Part shown: positions 10,726 to 19,465 of the stretch, in pieces
How the letters are laid out: each line of letters opens with the position of its first letter
Position numbering within the stretch: the stretch's first letter is position 1
Assembly (NCBI GenBank): GCA_018657525.1
Contig: JABHWZ010000003.1
Coordinates: 14,840-78,839, forward strand
Length of the DNA stretch: 64,000 nt
Direction of reading: 5' to 3'
Source: an archaeon
GTDB taxonomy: Archaea; Nanobdellota; Nanobdellia; Pacearchaeales; GW2011-AR1
The notes under the pieces: generated by a model
Seen by the model: only the letters and a program-made list of their open reading frames with translations
The model's database searches: none
Told to the model about the DNA's origin: nothing
Program-made: the position numbers and the translations under genes

Positions 10726-10772
10726 ATTTTATTAAAGAGGATAATGTTTATAAACAATCTGTATTTTTTTAA

Positions 10773-11411
10773 TTGATGGATTCAGAATTTAATTGGATAA
10801 AACTCAACTTGCACTTTCCTGAATGGGCTTCAGTGGATGGGAAGAAAGAGGAAGTTTCTTGGAAGGGGTTTACTTTGTCTCCGACTTTTAAAAATGGAGT
10901 AGTGGACTTTGCTTTGGGAGATTATGGTTTTCAATTGTTTGTGCAAAATTTTTTGCCTTGGTTGGGCCAAGTGCCCGGGGTTGAGGAGAGATATAAAGTT
11001 AAATTGAAGCAAGTTTATGAACAGGTTAGAGAAGAGTTGGAACAATGCATGTCAATATTTGAATCTTGGAGGCCCAATGTTAATCGTGGTACTTTGCATG
11101 GACATGAAAGCAGAAGTCTTTCAAATCATTTAGAATTTACTCAATCTTATGAGAAAGTTCATGTTTGGGATTATTGGAAAATTGCAGGCAAAAAAGATGT
11201 TTCTCCAACAGATCAACTTTTATTTTTAAAGGGTTTGCCTACGGAAATTTTAAATGAAAAATTTTTAGCTATACAAAAGCTTGGAGACTTTGTTTCTGAA
11301 TCTAATTGGGATTGTAATAATATTTCTGGAGATAGTTTAGTTGATTGTGTTAATAATGCAAATGCAATTTATTTGAGGGTTTCTCGAGGAGAATTTTTGA
11401 ATTTGGAATAA
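10773..11411 (+). CDS. hypothetical protein
   Basis: 212-aa ORF with upstream TTTATAA. Confidence 0.6.
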   Translation: MMDSEFNWIKLNLHFPEWASVDGKKEEVSWKGFTLSPTFKNGVVDFALGDYGFQLFVQNFLPWLGQVPGVEERYKVKLKQVYEQVREELEQCMSIFESWRPNVNRGTLHGHESRSLSNHLEFTQSYEKVHVWDYWKIAGKKDVSPTDQLLFLKGLPTEILNEKFLAIQKLGDFVSESNWDCNNISGDSLVDCVNNANAIYLRVSRGEFLNLE

Positions 11412-11434
11412 TTCTCTTTTTCACAATTCGCATT

Positions 11435-11480
11435 CACGCTTAAAAATTTTATTTTTACCTCCGGGATTAAATTTCGCGTA
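11435..11480. repeat. dispersed element family F, copy 1 (others at 22365-22410 and 32067-32110)
   Basis: C(A/T)CGCT..AATTT...TTT.CCT(T/C)CGG...TT..CGC shared among three loci. Confidence 0.6.
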
Positions 11481-11488
11481 ATTGCTCA

Positions 11489-11718
11489 CCCACTATGTAA
11501 TGAATATCTATATATTACAAAAGTTTTATGTTTCGCGAACAAGTCGCTCACTGCATTTTGAAATTATCTAAAGTTTTTCAAAACACAACGTCGGATATAA
11601 AATCCTTGCTGCATTTTGAAATTATCTAAAGTTTTTCAAAACACAAAGGTTCCCTTATAAAACTTTATTTTCACTCCCACTATGTAATGAATATATATAT
11701 TACAAAAGTTTTATAAGG
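11489..11718. repeat. duplicated promoter/operator block with internal 38-nt direct repeat
   Basis: 11489-11529 ~ 11676-11714; 11551-11588 = 11609-11646; 13-bp inverted repeat 11653-11665/11706-11718. Confidence 0.85.
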
Positions 11719-11770
11719 ACAACCCTATCTGAATATATAGGTTAAAGTATATATTAGCCTACTAAATAAA

Positions 11771-12037
11771 ATGAAAGATAATTTTGATATCTTTTTTAGA
11801 CGAAAGCCGGCCTTGATGTTGGTATCTCTGAAGAAGAATACGCGAATGCGGTATGGAAGTATTTTGGCAAAAGAAGTTGATTGCACATACAGTCATGCTG
11901 TGAAAATCCTGCAAACGCTTGAAATTTTGAAGTTGGTCGAGTTTGAGAAGAGAGGAAGAATAAAGATAATTAGACTGACTAAGAAAGGAAGAGATGTTGC
12001 AGATGCTATTGAAAATATTCAAAAGCTAGTTAAGTAA
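11771..12037 (+). CDS. winged-HTH DNA-binding protein
   Basis: LAKEVDCTYSHAVKIL...KRGRIKIIRLTKKG. Confidence 0.85.
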   Translation: MKDNFDIFFRRKPALMLVSLKKNTRMRYGSILAKEVDCTYSHAVKILQTLEILKLVEFEKRGRIKIIRLTKKGRDVADAIENIQKLVK

Positions 12038-12178
12038 TTATTTTTGGCACTCTGAGGTGAGGTGCCCAATTTTTTTTAGAAAAGAAGGAAAAAAGAGATT
12101 TAGAATAATTATTCTTGATTCTGTAATAAAATATATTACAAGTTCTGTTTTCTTAGATAAATTTATAAAGATTATATA

Positions 12179-12391
12179 ATGAATAAAATTATGAAAAATA
12201 TTGAAACTCGTGTTGAAGTTTCTCCTAACTCTGGCGTGGAACATGATTTAGAAATTAACCAAGAGGTGCCGGGTTATGTGGCTATCTTATTACCCTTTTT
12301 GATTCTCGGAGCTGTTTATGGATTGTATAAAGCTGTGCTAGATATGCCTAATCAGATAGGAAAGAGTATGGGATTGAAAAGATATCAATAA
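12179..12391 (+). CDS. small single-TM protein
   Basis: Hydrophobic segment VAILLPFLILGAVYGL; TATA box upstream. Confidence 0.55.
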   Translation: MNKIMKNIETRVEVSPNSGVEHDLEINQEVPGYVAILLPFLILGAVYGLYKAVLDMPNQIGKSMGLKRYQ

Positions 12392-12395
12392 TTTT

Positions 12396-12459
12396 GAAAG
12401 ATTATAAATATGGCCTCGATAACCTAAAGGTCACGAGAACCTGTAGGCAGGAGGGATTT
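12396..12459 (-). pseudogene. extra copy of tRNA-Lys 3' end plus flank, interrupted by family B element (12420-12451)
   Basis: AAAGATTATAAATATGGCCTCGA + 32-nt insert + AGGGATTT reproduces 12599-12629. Confidence 0.8.
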
Positions 12460-12612
12460 AGTCGCTTCGCTCTCAACTTCGCTGAACATCAATTTCGCTA
12501 AAATTGACATAAACCATCGACAACTTCTGTGGAAGTAAAATATTTTTGAATTTCCAAACATTAAAATTTCTTTCAGAAATTGTTATAATCTTTTTGAGAA
12601 AGATTATAAATA

Positions 12613-12687
12613 TGGCCTCGAAGGGATTTGAACCCTCGACACCCAGATTAAGAGTCTGGTGCTCTGACCAGGCTGAGCTACGAAGCC
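12613..12687 (-). tRNA. tRNA-Lys(CTT)
   Basis: Cloverleaf GGCTTCG...CCAGA-CT-CTT-AA-TCTGG...GGTTCAAATCC...CGAGGCC-A; no encoded CCA. Confidence 0.95.
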
Positions 12688-12774
12688 ATATATAAAATAA
12701 CTATTTATTAACAATTTAAAAAGATGTTGTTTTATCACAATTTATTTTAAAAAGGAGAATCTCTATTTTTCTTT

Positions 12775-13980
12775 ATGGTTAAAAGAATTGATGCTATTCA
12801 AAGAGCTTTAAAGTTAAGACAAACTCTTTTAAGGGGGGATAAATTGCTTGTTGCGGATTTTTCAGAAACTCTCCAGGGTAAAGATACTTCTAGAGTTATT
12901 GATTTAATGCCAGATGTTGAAACAGGGAATTATGTTTTTCGAGCTAAAGTGAATGTTAAGGACATTGACCCTATTGCTGCTTCAAAGTATGGAGTGGATT
13001 ATTTTGATGTAACTAAAAAGGATGATTCTGAAATTGAAGATTTGATTAAAAGATCAGAGTTTGATTTTCCCCTATGGTATAAAAATGATTCTGGTTTTGA
13101 AATGAGGAGAGTGGGAGATTTTAATTTACCATTTATACTTCAAGTTGCAGGGTGCAATTTTCATGATGGGACAAAAGTGGGGGGATGTACTTATTGTTTT
13201 GTGGATGACGTTAGCAATGATGGAATTCCAGGGGAAGGAAAATCTTTCTTAAGTTATAAATCTGCTATTGAAAGTATGCTTCAGGCTAGGGAAAAAATTC
13301 ATGCCGCTTATCAAGAGCATGGTTTGGATTTAGGTATTAGAACTTTTCGAACTTCTGGAGGGGAACCTACAATTGCATTAGATTGGATTTTAAATGCTTG
13401 GAGGGAAATTGATAGAAGAGGTTTAGATTTTGTTGGACAATTAGATAGTAATTTATCCACTGGTCCTTTGGTAGATCAATTTGAAAATGGGGGCATATAT
13501 GAACAAGATATTTTAAGAAAATTAGGAGAATATCCAATTAAAGTTTTGACTGCTTTTAAGGGAACCGATGAAAGGAATATTCAAGAAAATGTTCAAGCTA
13601 TGACTTCTTTAGAAACTCAATTATATTCACTTAAAAAATTTATAGGAGCGGGTTTTGATATTTATCCTCAGCTTTATAATCCGAATCCTATGACTTTAAA
13701 AAGTTTTTTGGAAAGAGTAGATTCTGAGGTGGAAAATCTTTCTTTAAGAATTCATATTGGTCCTTTAAAATTATATGGTCCAAATAGTGAGAGATTGAAA
13801 TGTCAAGCAGATCAGCTGGGAGTTGATCCCGGTAAATTTATCGCTGATAAAAAGTCTGAATGGGATTCAAATTATTCTCATGGTTGTGAAATTATTGATG
13901 GCTATCTGAATGATACTTATGGAGTAGGATATAGAGACTTAGTTAGATCAGATGTTCCTCTTAAGATATTAAAGAAATAA
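12775..13980 (+). CDS. radical SAM protein with CX10CX2C motif
   Basis: GCNFHDGTKVGGCTYC and SGGEPT. Confidence 0.75.
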   Translation: MVKRIDAIQRALKLRQTLLRGDKLLVADFSETLQGKDTSRVIDLMPDVETGNYVFRAKVNVKDIDPIAASKYGVDYFDVTKKDDSEIEDLIKRSEFDFPLWYKNDSGFEMRRVGDFNLPFILQVAGCNFHDGTKVGGCTYCFVDDVSNDGIPGEGKSFLSYKSAIESMLQAREKIHAAYQEHGLDLGIRTFRTSGGEPTIALDWILNAWREIDRRGLDFVGQLDSNLSTGPLVDQFENGGIYEQDILRKLGEYPIKVLTAFKGTDERNIQENVQAMTSLETQLYSLKKFIGAGFDIYPQLYNPNPMTLKSFLERVDSEVENLSLRIHIGPLKLYGPNSERLKCQADQLGVDPGKFIADKKSEWDSNYSHGCEIIDGYLNDTYGVGYRDLVRSDVPLKILKK

Positions 13981-13985
13981 TTTTT

Positions 13986-14129
13986 TCATATTTTCTTATA
14001 AATTATAATGAGTATAACTCCTAAAATAATTATCCAGTAAATATAACTAATTGCTTTTGGGGGGAAGAAAAATATTGAGGTAAATAAAATTAAAATTATT
14101 GTGAATAAAATTTTTTTGAAATCAGTCAT
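13986..14129 (-). CDS. small two-TM membrane protein
   Basis: MTDFKKILFTIIL... start overlaps TFS stop; two hydrophobic segments. Confidence 0.45.
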   Translation of the reverse strand: MTDFKKILFTIILILFTSIFFFPPKAISYIYWIIILGVILIIIYKKI

Positions 14130-14430
14130 AGTTTCGATGTGTGTGGCTGCACTTTGTGCATTTGAAGAATTTTGTTTCTGCTTCGTCTGATGCTCGTGTT
14201 TGGACTGTCCAGAAGTATGCTTCTTCGTTTCCACATTTTGTGCATTTATCCTGAACAATTGGTTCTGTTTGAATATTTTGTTTAAGGACAGTTATTTTTT
14301 TTATTTCTGGACCTTTTTCAGAAGTTTTTAATTTTGTGACTTTTCCTTTTGAAATGTAACTGCATCTTGGGCAACCTAATTTTTTAGTTTTTTTTATTAG
14401 TACTGCTCCGCATTTTGGGCAAAATTCCAT
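14122..14430 (-). CDS. tfs: transcription factor S (TFS/RpoM family)
   Basis: Two Zn ribbons; QTRASDE acidic hairpin. Confidence 0.93.
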   Translation of the reverse strand: MEFCPKCGAVLIKKTKKLGCPRCSYISKGKVTKLKTSEKGPEIKKITVLKQNIQTEPIVQDKCTKCGNEEAYFWTVQTRASDEAETKFFKCTKCSHTHRNYD

Positions 14431-14616
14431 TATATGAATCTCCCTACTAATTTTGCATCAACAATGCTTTGCTGTGTTAGACAAAACTCCATTAGAAGAT
14501 ACTCCTTACTAATTTTGCATCAACAATGCTTTGCTGTGTTAGACAAAACTCCATTAGAAGATACTCCTTACTAATTCTGCATCAACGATATTTGAAGTTA
14601 TTAGATAAAATTCCAT
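14431..14616 (-). repeat. three tandem 62-nt units, each beginning with a copy of the tfs start (MEF[C/Y])
   Basis: ATGs at 14616, 14554, 14492 and 14430 (exact period 62). Confidence 0.9.
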
Positions 14617-14688
14617 TATAGTTTTTATAAGTCACTCTTTTTAAAACTTTTTATTTAGGATTTATGAGATTTTAAATGTTTTGATTGG

Positions 14689-15315
14689 TTAATTTTCTTT
14701 ACAAAATCCTTTTTCTTGTGGTGCCTTTAAACCTTCAAAAAATATTAATTTAATCCAACCTAAATATGGAGCAACTTTGAAGACTGCTTTTCCAACTATT
14801 TGATTTTCTTGGATATTTTTTTCAATTGATAATTGTCCATTGTTATTGTCGCCAATTGTTGAAAATGTTTTTTTGTCTTCAGTTTCATTTATTGCTATTA
14901 TTCTGTGGATTATCGGATGGGCCCTACCTGCATTGAATATTACTACATCTCCAACTTTTAGTTTATTTGTATTTGCGCCGATTATAAATAAAATGTCTCC
15001 TTTGTTGAATCCGTTTTGGAATATGAAATTTTTGAATGCTTCTTGGGTTAAATCAAAGTTTGAATATTTTGTTTTATGATTTTCCCACCAATTGGCATTG
15101 TTCGACAGTAAATTTCCTGAGTGATACATTGAGCATGATTCTACAATTGCTAATGGGAGAGTTGTTCCAGTTACTAAACTTAGAGTCGGGAAAAAAATAA
15201 ATTTGATTAATATAAATAGGAAGATTATAGAGATTATCCAGCCTTTAAATGAGTCGTCTTTCCAAACAGTAAAATAAAATTTATTCCACCATTTTTTGAA
15301 ATCCTCTTTTTTCAT
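14689..15315 (-). CDS. signal peptidase I (Sec11-type)
   Basis: TM then VESCSM, GD, IIHRII, GDNN. Confidence 0.88.
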   Translation of the reverse strand: MKKEDFKKWWNKFYFTVWKDDSFKGWIISIIFLFILIKFIFFPTLSLVTGTTLPLAIVESCSMYHSGNLLSNNANWWENHKTKYSNFDLTQEAFKNFIFQNGFNKGDILFIIGANTNKLKVGDVVIFNAGRAHPIIHRIIAINETEDKKTFSTIGDNNNGQLSIEKNIQENQIVGKAVFKVAPYLGWIKLIFFEGLKAPQEKGFCKEN

Positions 15316-15345
15316 GGACTCAAGAACTTTTTTTAGTTTATATAA

Positions 15346-16329
15346 TTAGTGTTGTTGATTTGCTAATAAGATTTCTGGAAAGAATTTGTATTCATGTTTT
15401 TTGAATATTGGTATTATTTCAATGGATCTAATTTTTTCTTTTAGGTAATTTTGGATTTCTTTATAAAATTGCCACATTTCTTCTTGAGTTGCTGTTTCAA
15501 TAGTTATTGAGAAATTAAATTTTCCCACCATTTTTAATATTCCTATTGCGTTTTTTTTAGAAGATAAAAATTCTATAAAGTCTGTTTCTTCTTTTTTAGT
15601 CATTTTATTTAAATCAAGGTAGATTTTGCTTGGAAGATAACCTATTTTAGACAGATTAATAAATGGTCTGAATCCAGTTATTACTCCCTCTGTTTTTAAT
15701 TTTTTAATTTTTCGGATAATGGTTTTGTAATTGATACCGGTTTCTGATGCTATTTGGATTATATTTTTTCTGGCATTTTTAGAAAGGGCTTGTAATATTT
15801 TTAGTTCAGTTGCAGAAGGTGAAACTATCTTTTCTTCTCCGAATGAAATTGTTTTTCTTTCATTTTTTTTCTGATAAATATATTTTCTTCCAAAACTTGA
15901 ACCTCCCATTGAAATAAATAAATCATAATTTACAATTTGATCTGAATATTCTTCTAAAAGTTTTGAAAATTCTTTTTGAAAATTTACTGAATTTTTTGAA
16001 ATCGTATTTACAATTAGATCCCATTTGCCTCCACATTCAGAAACAGATAAGATTTCCTTTTTTTGATATAGCTCTTTTATAATTTTTTCTTTTTCTTTTT
16101 CATTTAAATTTTTTAGTTTTACCATAATTATATAATTGGAGAGTCCAAACGCTAAAAAGTGGATTACCGTAAAAAATTCAGTTATGATTTCTCTCTCGAT
16201 TAGTTGTTTAATTCTATAATTTATTACTTGTTGTGATTTTCCAACTTTTTTGCCTATCTGCGAATCTGTTTGTCTTGAATTGATGCTTAATTCATATAAT
16301 ATTTTTGAATCTAATAAATTTAGTTCCAT
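15346..16329 (-). CDS. tandem Lrp/AsnC regulator
   Basis: Two HTH-AsnC repeats. Confidence 0.88.
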   Translation of the reverse strand: MELNLLDSKILYELSINSRQTDSQIGKKVGKSQQVINYRIKQLIEREIITEFFTVIHFLAFGLSNYIIMVKLKNLNEKEKEKIIKELYQKKEILSVSECGGKWDLIVNTISKNSVNFQKEFSKLLEEYSDQIVNYDLFISMGGSSFGRKYIYQKKNERKTISFGEEKIVSPSATELKILQALSKNARKNIIQIASETGINYKTIIRKIKKLKTEGVITGFRPFINLSKIGYLPSKIYLDLNKMTKKEETDFIEFLSSKKNAIGILKMVGKFNFSITIETATQEEMWQFYKEIQNYLKEKIRSIEIIPIFKKHEYKFFPEILLANQQH

Positions 16330-16421
16330 ATTTGTATTATAGGTATTCTTATTTATAAATTTAACTATATTACAAAGATATCTTAAAAAAGCTTTAAATA
16401 TTTAGATGTTGTTACTATTGT

Positions 16422-17369
16422 ATGGAAATAAAATACAAAAAGTTCGATACGCATAGTCATATTGGAGTTGATGCGCGGCATCCTTTCATTTCAAATATCG
16501 AAGATTATGTAAGAAATGCCAAGCAAAATGGAATTAATAGATCTCTTTTAATTGGAGTGCCGTTACCGGTTTATCCTAAAGAAGGAGGGATATTTACCCC
16601 TCTTAATTGGAATCTTTCTGGAATTAATTTTGTTATTGCTTCTGAATTTGTAGATTCTGATGGAAATTTAATTCGCGGGAATGTTGAAGAAAACCCTTTT
16701 GCTGAATCGAATTCTCTTTTAGAAACACAGGTTAAGAATAATTCTTCTACAGATTTGAAGTTAGATTTTGTCCCTCATGTGCATCCTTTGTTGGATACTG
16801 AGATGCATTTAAATGAAACTTTGGAAAAAAAACCTCTTGCAGTAAAAGTACATGGTTCTTCTTGGGGGATTAATCCTAAAGATATTTCTCCTTCTTTTTT
16901 TCAGACTTTAAAAAAATATAATGTCCCATTAATAGTTCATACGGATTATAATCAAGATCCACAAAATGGTAGACATTTAATTCAAAAAATGAATGATCCA
17001 TTAGTTTGGATTGATCTGTGTCAAAGATATGGAGTGAGAGCTTCGCTGGCTCATGGTTTAAGACTTTGTCAAGAATCTTGGAAAAAAGTTTCTAAATCTG
17101 GAGGGCAGTTTATTGTTGGTTTTGGACCTAAGTTGGATACAAAACAATCTCATCGAGTAAAAACAACTGGAGTTGATTATACCCCTGCTTTGTTAGGTAT
17201 GGCAGATTTATCCAAACTTACTTATGATGTAGATTTTGCTTGGAATACTGAAAGTTATGACTTTCTTGATTGGACTCTGGGAGATGAATTAATTGGGAAA
17301 GTTTCTGAGGATGAATTAATGGCGGTTTATGCTGGCAATGCTAGAAGGTTTTATGGAGGGATAGATTAA
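16422..17369 (+). CDS. amidohydrolase-family metalloenzyme
   Basis: DTHSH, VKVH, IVHT, AH, D and terminal GNARRFY. Confidence 0.8.
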   Translation: MEIKYKKFDTHSHIGVDARHPFISNIEDYVRNAKQNGINRSLLIGVPLPVYPKEGGIFTPLNWNLSGINFVIASEFVDSDGNLIRGNVEENPFAESNSLLETQVKNNSSTDLKLDFVPHVHPLLDTEMHLNETLEKKPLAVKVHGSSWGINPKDISPSFFQTLKKYNVPLIVHTDYNQDPQNGRHLIQKMNDPLVWIDLCQRYGVRASLAHGLRLCQESWKKVSKSGGQFIVGFGPKLDTKQSHRVKTTGVDYTPALLGMADLSKLTYDVDFAWNTESYDFLDWTLGDELIGKVSEDELMAVYAGNARRFYGGID

Positions 17370-17395
17370 TAAAATAATCTGTTTTTATATTTAAA

Positions 17396-17920
17396 ATGAT
17401 ATCGCCTAAATTAGAAAGTGAAAGATTGTTATTAAAGAATTGGGAATTGAAAGAGGCAAAGGAATTTGTCAAATTAGCTAAAGATCCTAAATTGATTTTT
17501 GGAGATATGCCTTTTCCGTATCTTTTAGAGCATGCTCAATTTTGGATTAAAAAAGTTTTGACCCTCGATGATAAATATTATTTTGCGATACATGAGAAAA
17601 CAACAAAGAAAATTGTGGGGTTTTGTTGGATTACTATTTATTTGAAAAAGAATGAAGGATTGATTGCTTATGGGTTAGGGAATGAGGCTAGAGGGAAAGG
17701 ATATGCTACTGAAGCAGGAAGGTTAATGGTAAATTTTGTCTTTAAAAAATTAAAGTTAAAGAAGTTGTTAGCTGAAACTAAAGCAGATAATTTTGGTTCA
17801 CACAAGGTTCTAAAGAAATTGGGATTTAAAGTTATTCGTAAAATGAAGAATGGACATAGAGATGTAATTACAGACGAAATTCAAGATCAGTGGTTTTGGG
17901 AAGCCAAAAATTTTCTTTAA
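17396..17920 (+). CDS. RimJ/RimL-type GNAT acetyltransferase
   Basis: LESERLLL, RGKGYATEA, N..S..VLKKLGF. Confidence 0.9.
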   Translation: MISPKLESERLLLKNWELKEAKEFVKLAKDPKLIFGDMPFPYLLEHAQFWIKKVLTLDDKYYFAIHEKTTKKIVGFCWITIYLKKNEGLIAYGLGNEARGKGYATEAGRLMVNFVFKKLKLKKLLAETKADNFGSHKVLKKLGFKVIRKMKNGHRDVITDEIQDQWFWEAKNFL

Positions 17921-18014
17921 CTTTGCTCACTTTTTAGTAATTCTATTTCACTTACTAATGCTCCTAAACTATTTTTTAGTTGTTATAAATGTTTAAATAA
18001 AAAGTGTATTTTAA

Positions 18015-18206
18015 TTGGGTATGTTAAATCAAATGCTTCTTTGCAGTGATGTGAAGAACGGGGCTTGCTTAAGTTTGAGAGAAAGAGCGTATGTCCTCGA
18101 CAGTATTTCTCATTCGTCTTTTTATGCAGACGAGTTTGGAGAGTTGAATTCCAAGGACGAAGAGAGATTAATTGTTTCTATTTTTAATAAGATGCAGGCC
18201 CTTTGA
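18015..18206 (+). CDS. small hypothetical protein
   Basis: Short ORF after TATA-like box. Confidence 0.35.
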   Translation: MGMLNQMLLCSDVKNGACLSLRERAYVLDSISHSSFYADEFGELNSKDEERLIVSIFNKMQAL

Positions 18207-18268
18207 TCTGAGGGTTTGTTTCTTTTTTTATTTTAATTTTTAGATTTTTCCTTGATAATTTTTATAAA

Positions 18269-18487
18269 ATGACTTTTTTAATATGTGTTATGGAGCGAAG
18301 AGTAAAATGTGAGTATGCGCACAATATGAGGGTGAGAGGTTGCATTCATTATGAATCTGCTGAAGATTCTTTGGTTTGTTCTCATGAATGTGATTATGCT
18401 GAAGCAATGGATGAAGCTAGACAAGAGGATGATAGTAAAAAGATTGGAGAGCTTTTGGAATGGGGGAACATCGGAATATTTAAATAG
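18269..18487 (+). CDS. small Cys/His-rich hypothetical protein
   Basis: ORF with several Cys; start probably ATG 18290. Confidence 0.4.
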   Translation: MTFLICVMERRVKCEYAHNMRVRGCIHYESAEDSLVCSHECDYAEAMDEARQEDDSKKIGELLEWGNIGIFK

Positions 18488-18524
18488 TGTATATTTATTG
18501 TGTATACAACTAAGTGTATATAAA

Positions 18525-18881
18525 ATGACAGATATATTTGACAATACGATTTTGTGTAAAAAATGCAAACGTCCAATGAAGAGGGCAAAGTTAATTAAAA
18601 ATGGATTTGGTTTTAGGGCGGTTGTATGTCCTAATCTTAATTGTCATGAAAAGATAATTCATCCCCTTGATCAAGAAAGTTATGATCGATTTAAAAATTT
18701 GAAACGTAAACAATTTAGTGTTAAAATGAGATTAGTCGGAAATAGTTATGCAGTTTCAATCCCAATGGAAATAGTAAATTTTATGAAGGAACAAGAAAAG
18801 GTAATGAATGATATGGTAAAATTATGTTTTGAAGATGTTGGAAGATTAAGTTTAAATTTTGGAGAATTGGACAATGAATGA
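18525..18881 (+). CDS. Zn-ribbon + AbrB/SpoVT-like protein
   Basis: CKKC...CPNLNC then VKMRLVGNSYAVSIP; start re-called. Confidence 0.7.
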   Translation: MTDIFDNTILCKKCKRPMKRAKLIKNGFGFRAVVCPNLNCHEKIIHPLDQESYDRFKNLKRKQFSVKMRLVGNSYAVSIPMEIVNFMKEQEKVMNDMVKLCFEDVGRLSLNFGELDNE

Positions 18882-19464
18882 AAGCTTACCCTTAAATAGA
18901 ACACAAGCAATTGAATTGTTGAAGTCGATGAATCAAGAAGAATCTAATATGAATCATTATTTGGAAAGTGAAGCAATCATGAAAAAACTTGCAGAGCGGT
19001 TTGGGATGAATGTGAATTATTGGGGTATGTTGGGGTTGTTGCATGATGTGGACTGGGCAGATACAAAAGATAATTGGGCAGAACATACAATTAAAGCAGA
19101 AGAGATATTAAAAGAAAAAGGTTTTGATGAAGATTTTATTCAGATTATTCAAAGTCATGGATATGGTTATGTTGAAATTCCTATCCATAAAGAAAAGGAA
19201 AGGAAAGAGAAAGTTGAAAATTCCCTCGCTGCTGCGGAAACATTGACTGGATTAATTTATGCATATGCTTTGATGAGGGGAGGAAAAATTTCAGATATGG
19301 AATCCAAGGGATTAAAAAAGAAATTTAAAGATAAATCTTTTGCAGCAAATTGTGATCGAGAGATAATTCTTGAAATTGAAAAAACTGGTTTAGAGTTAAG
19401 TGAATTTTTGGAGTTAGCTATTGACGCTATGAAAGGAATTAAAGATGAGATTGGATTAAATTAA
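18874..19464 (+). CDS. HD-domain hydrolase
   Basis: NH...GLLHDVD...SH; KKKFKDKSFAA. Confidence 0.88.
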   Translation: MNESLPLNRTQAIELLKSMNQEESNMNHYLESEAIMKKLAERFGMNVNYWGMLGLLHDVDWADTKDNWAEHTIKAEEILKEKGFDEDFIQIIQSHGYGYVEIPIHKEKERKEKVENSLAAAETLTGLIYAYALMRGGKISDMESKGLKKKFKDKSFAANCDREIILEIEKTGLELSEFLELAIDAMKGIKDEIGLN

Positions 19465-19465
19465 A

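Noticed and set aside
11551..11646. Two 38-nt repeats with a 20-nt spacer as a mini-CRISPR
   Set aside because: Only two units, a short spacer and no cas genes in the window
14431..14616. 62-nt repeats as a CRISPR or guide array
   Set aside because: Contiguous tandem units with no unique spacers
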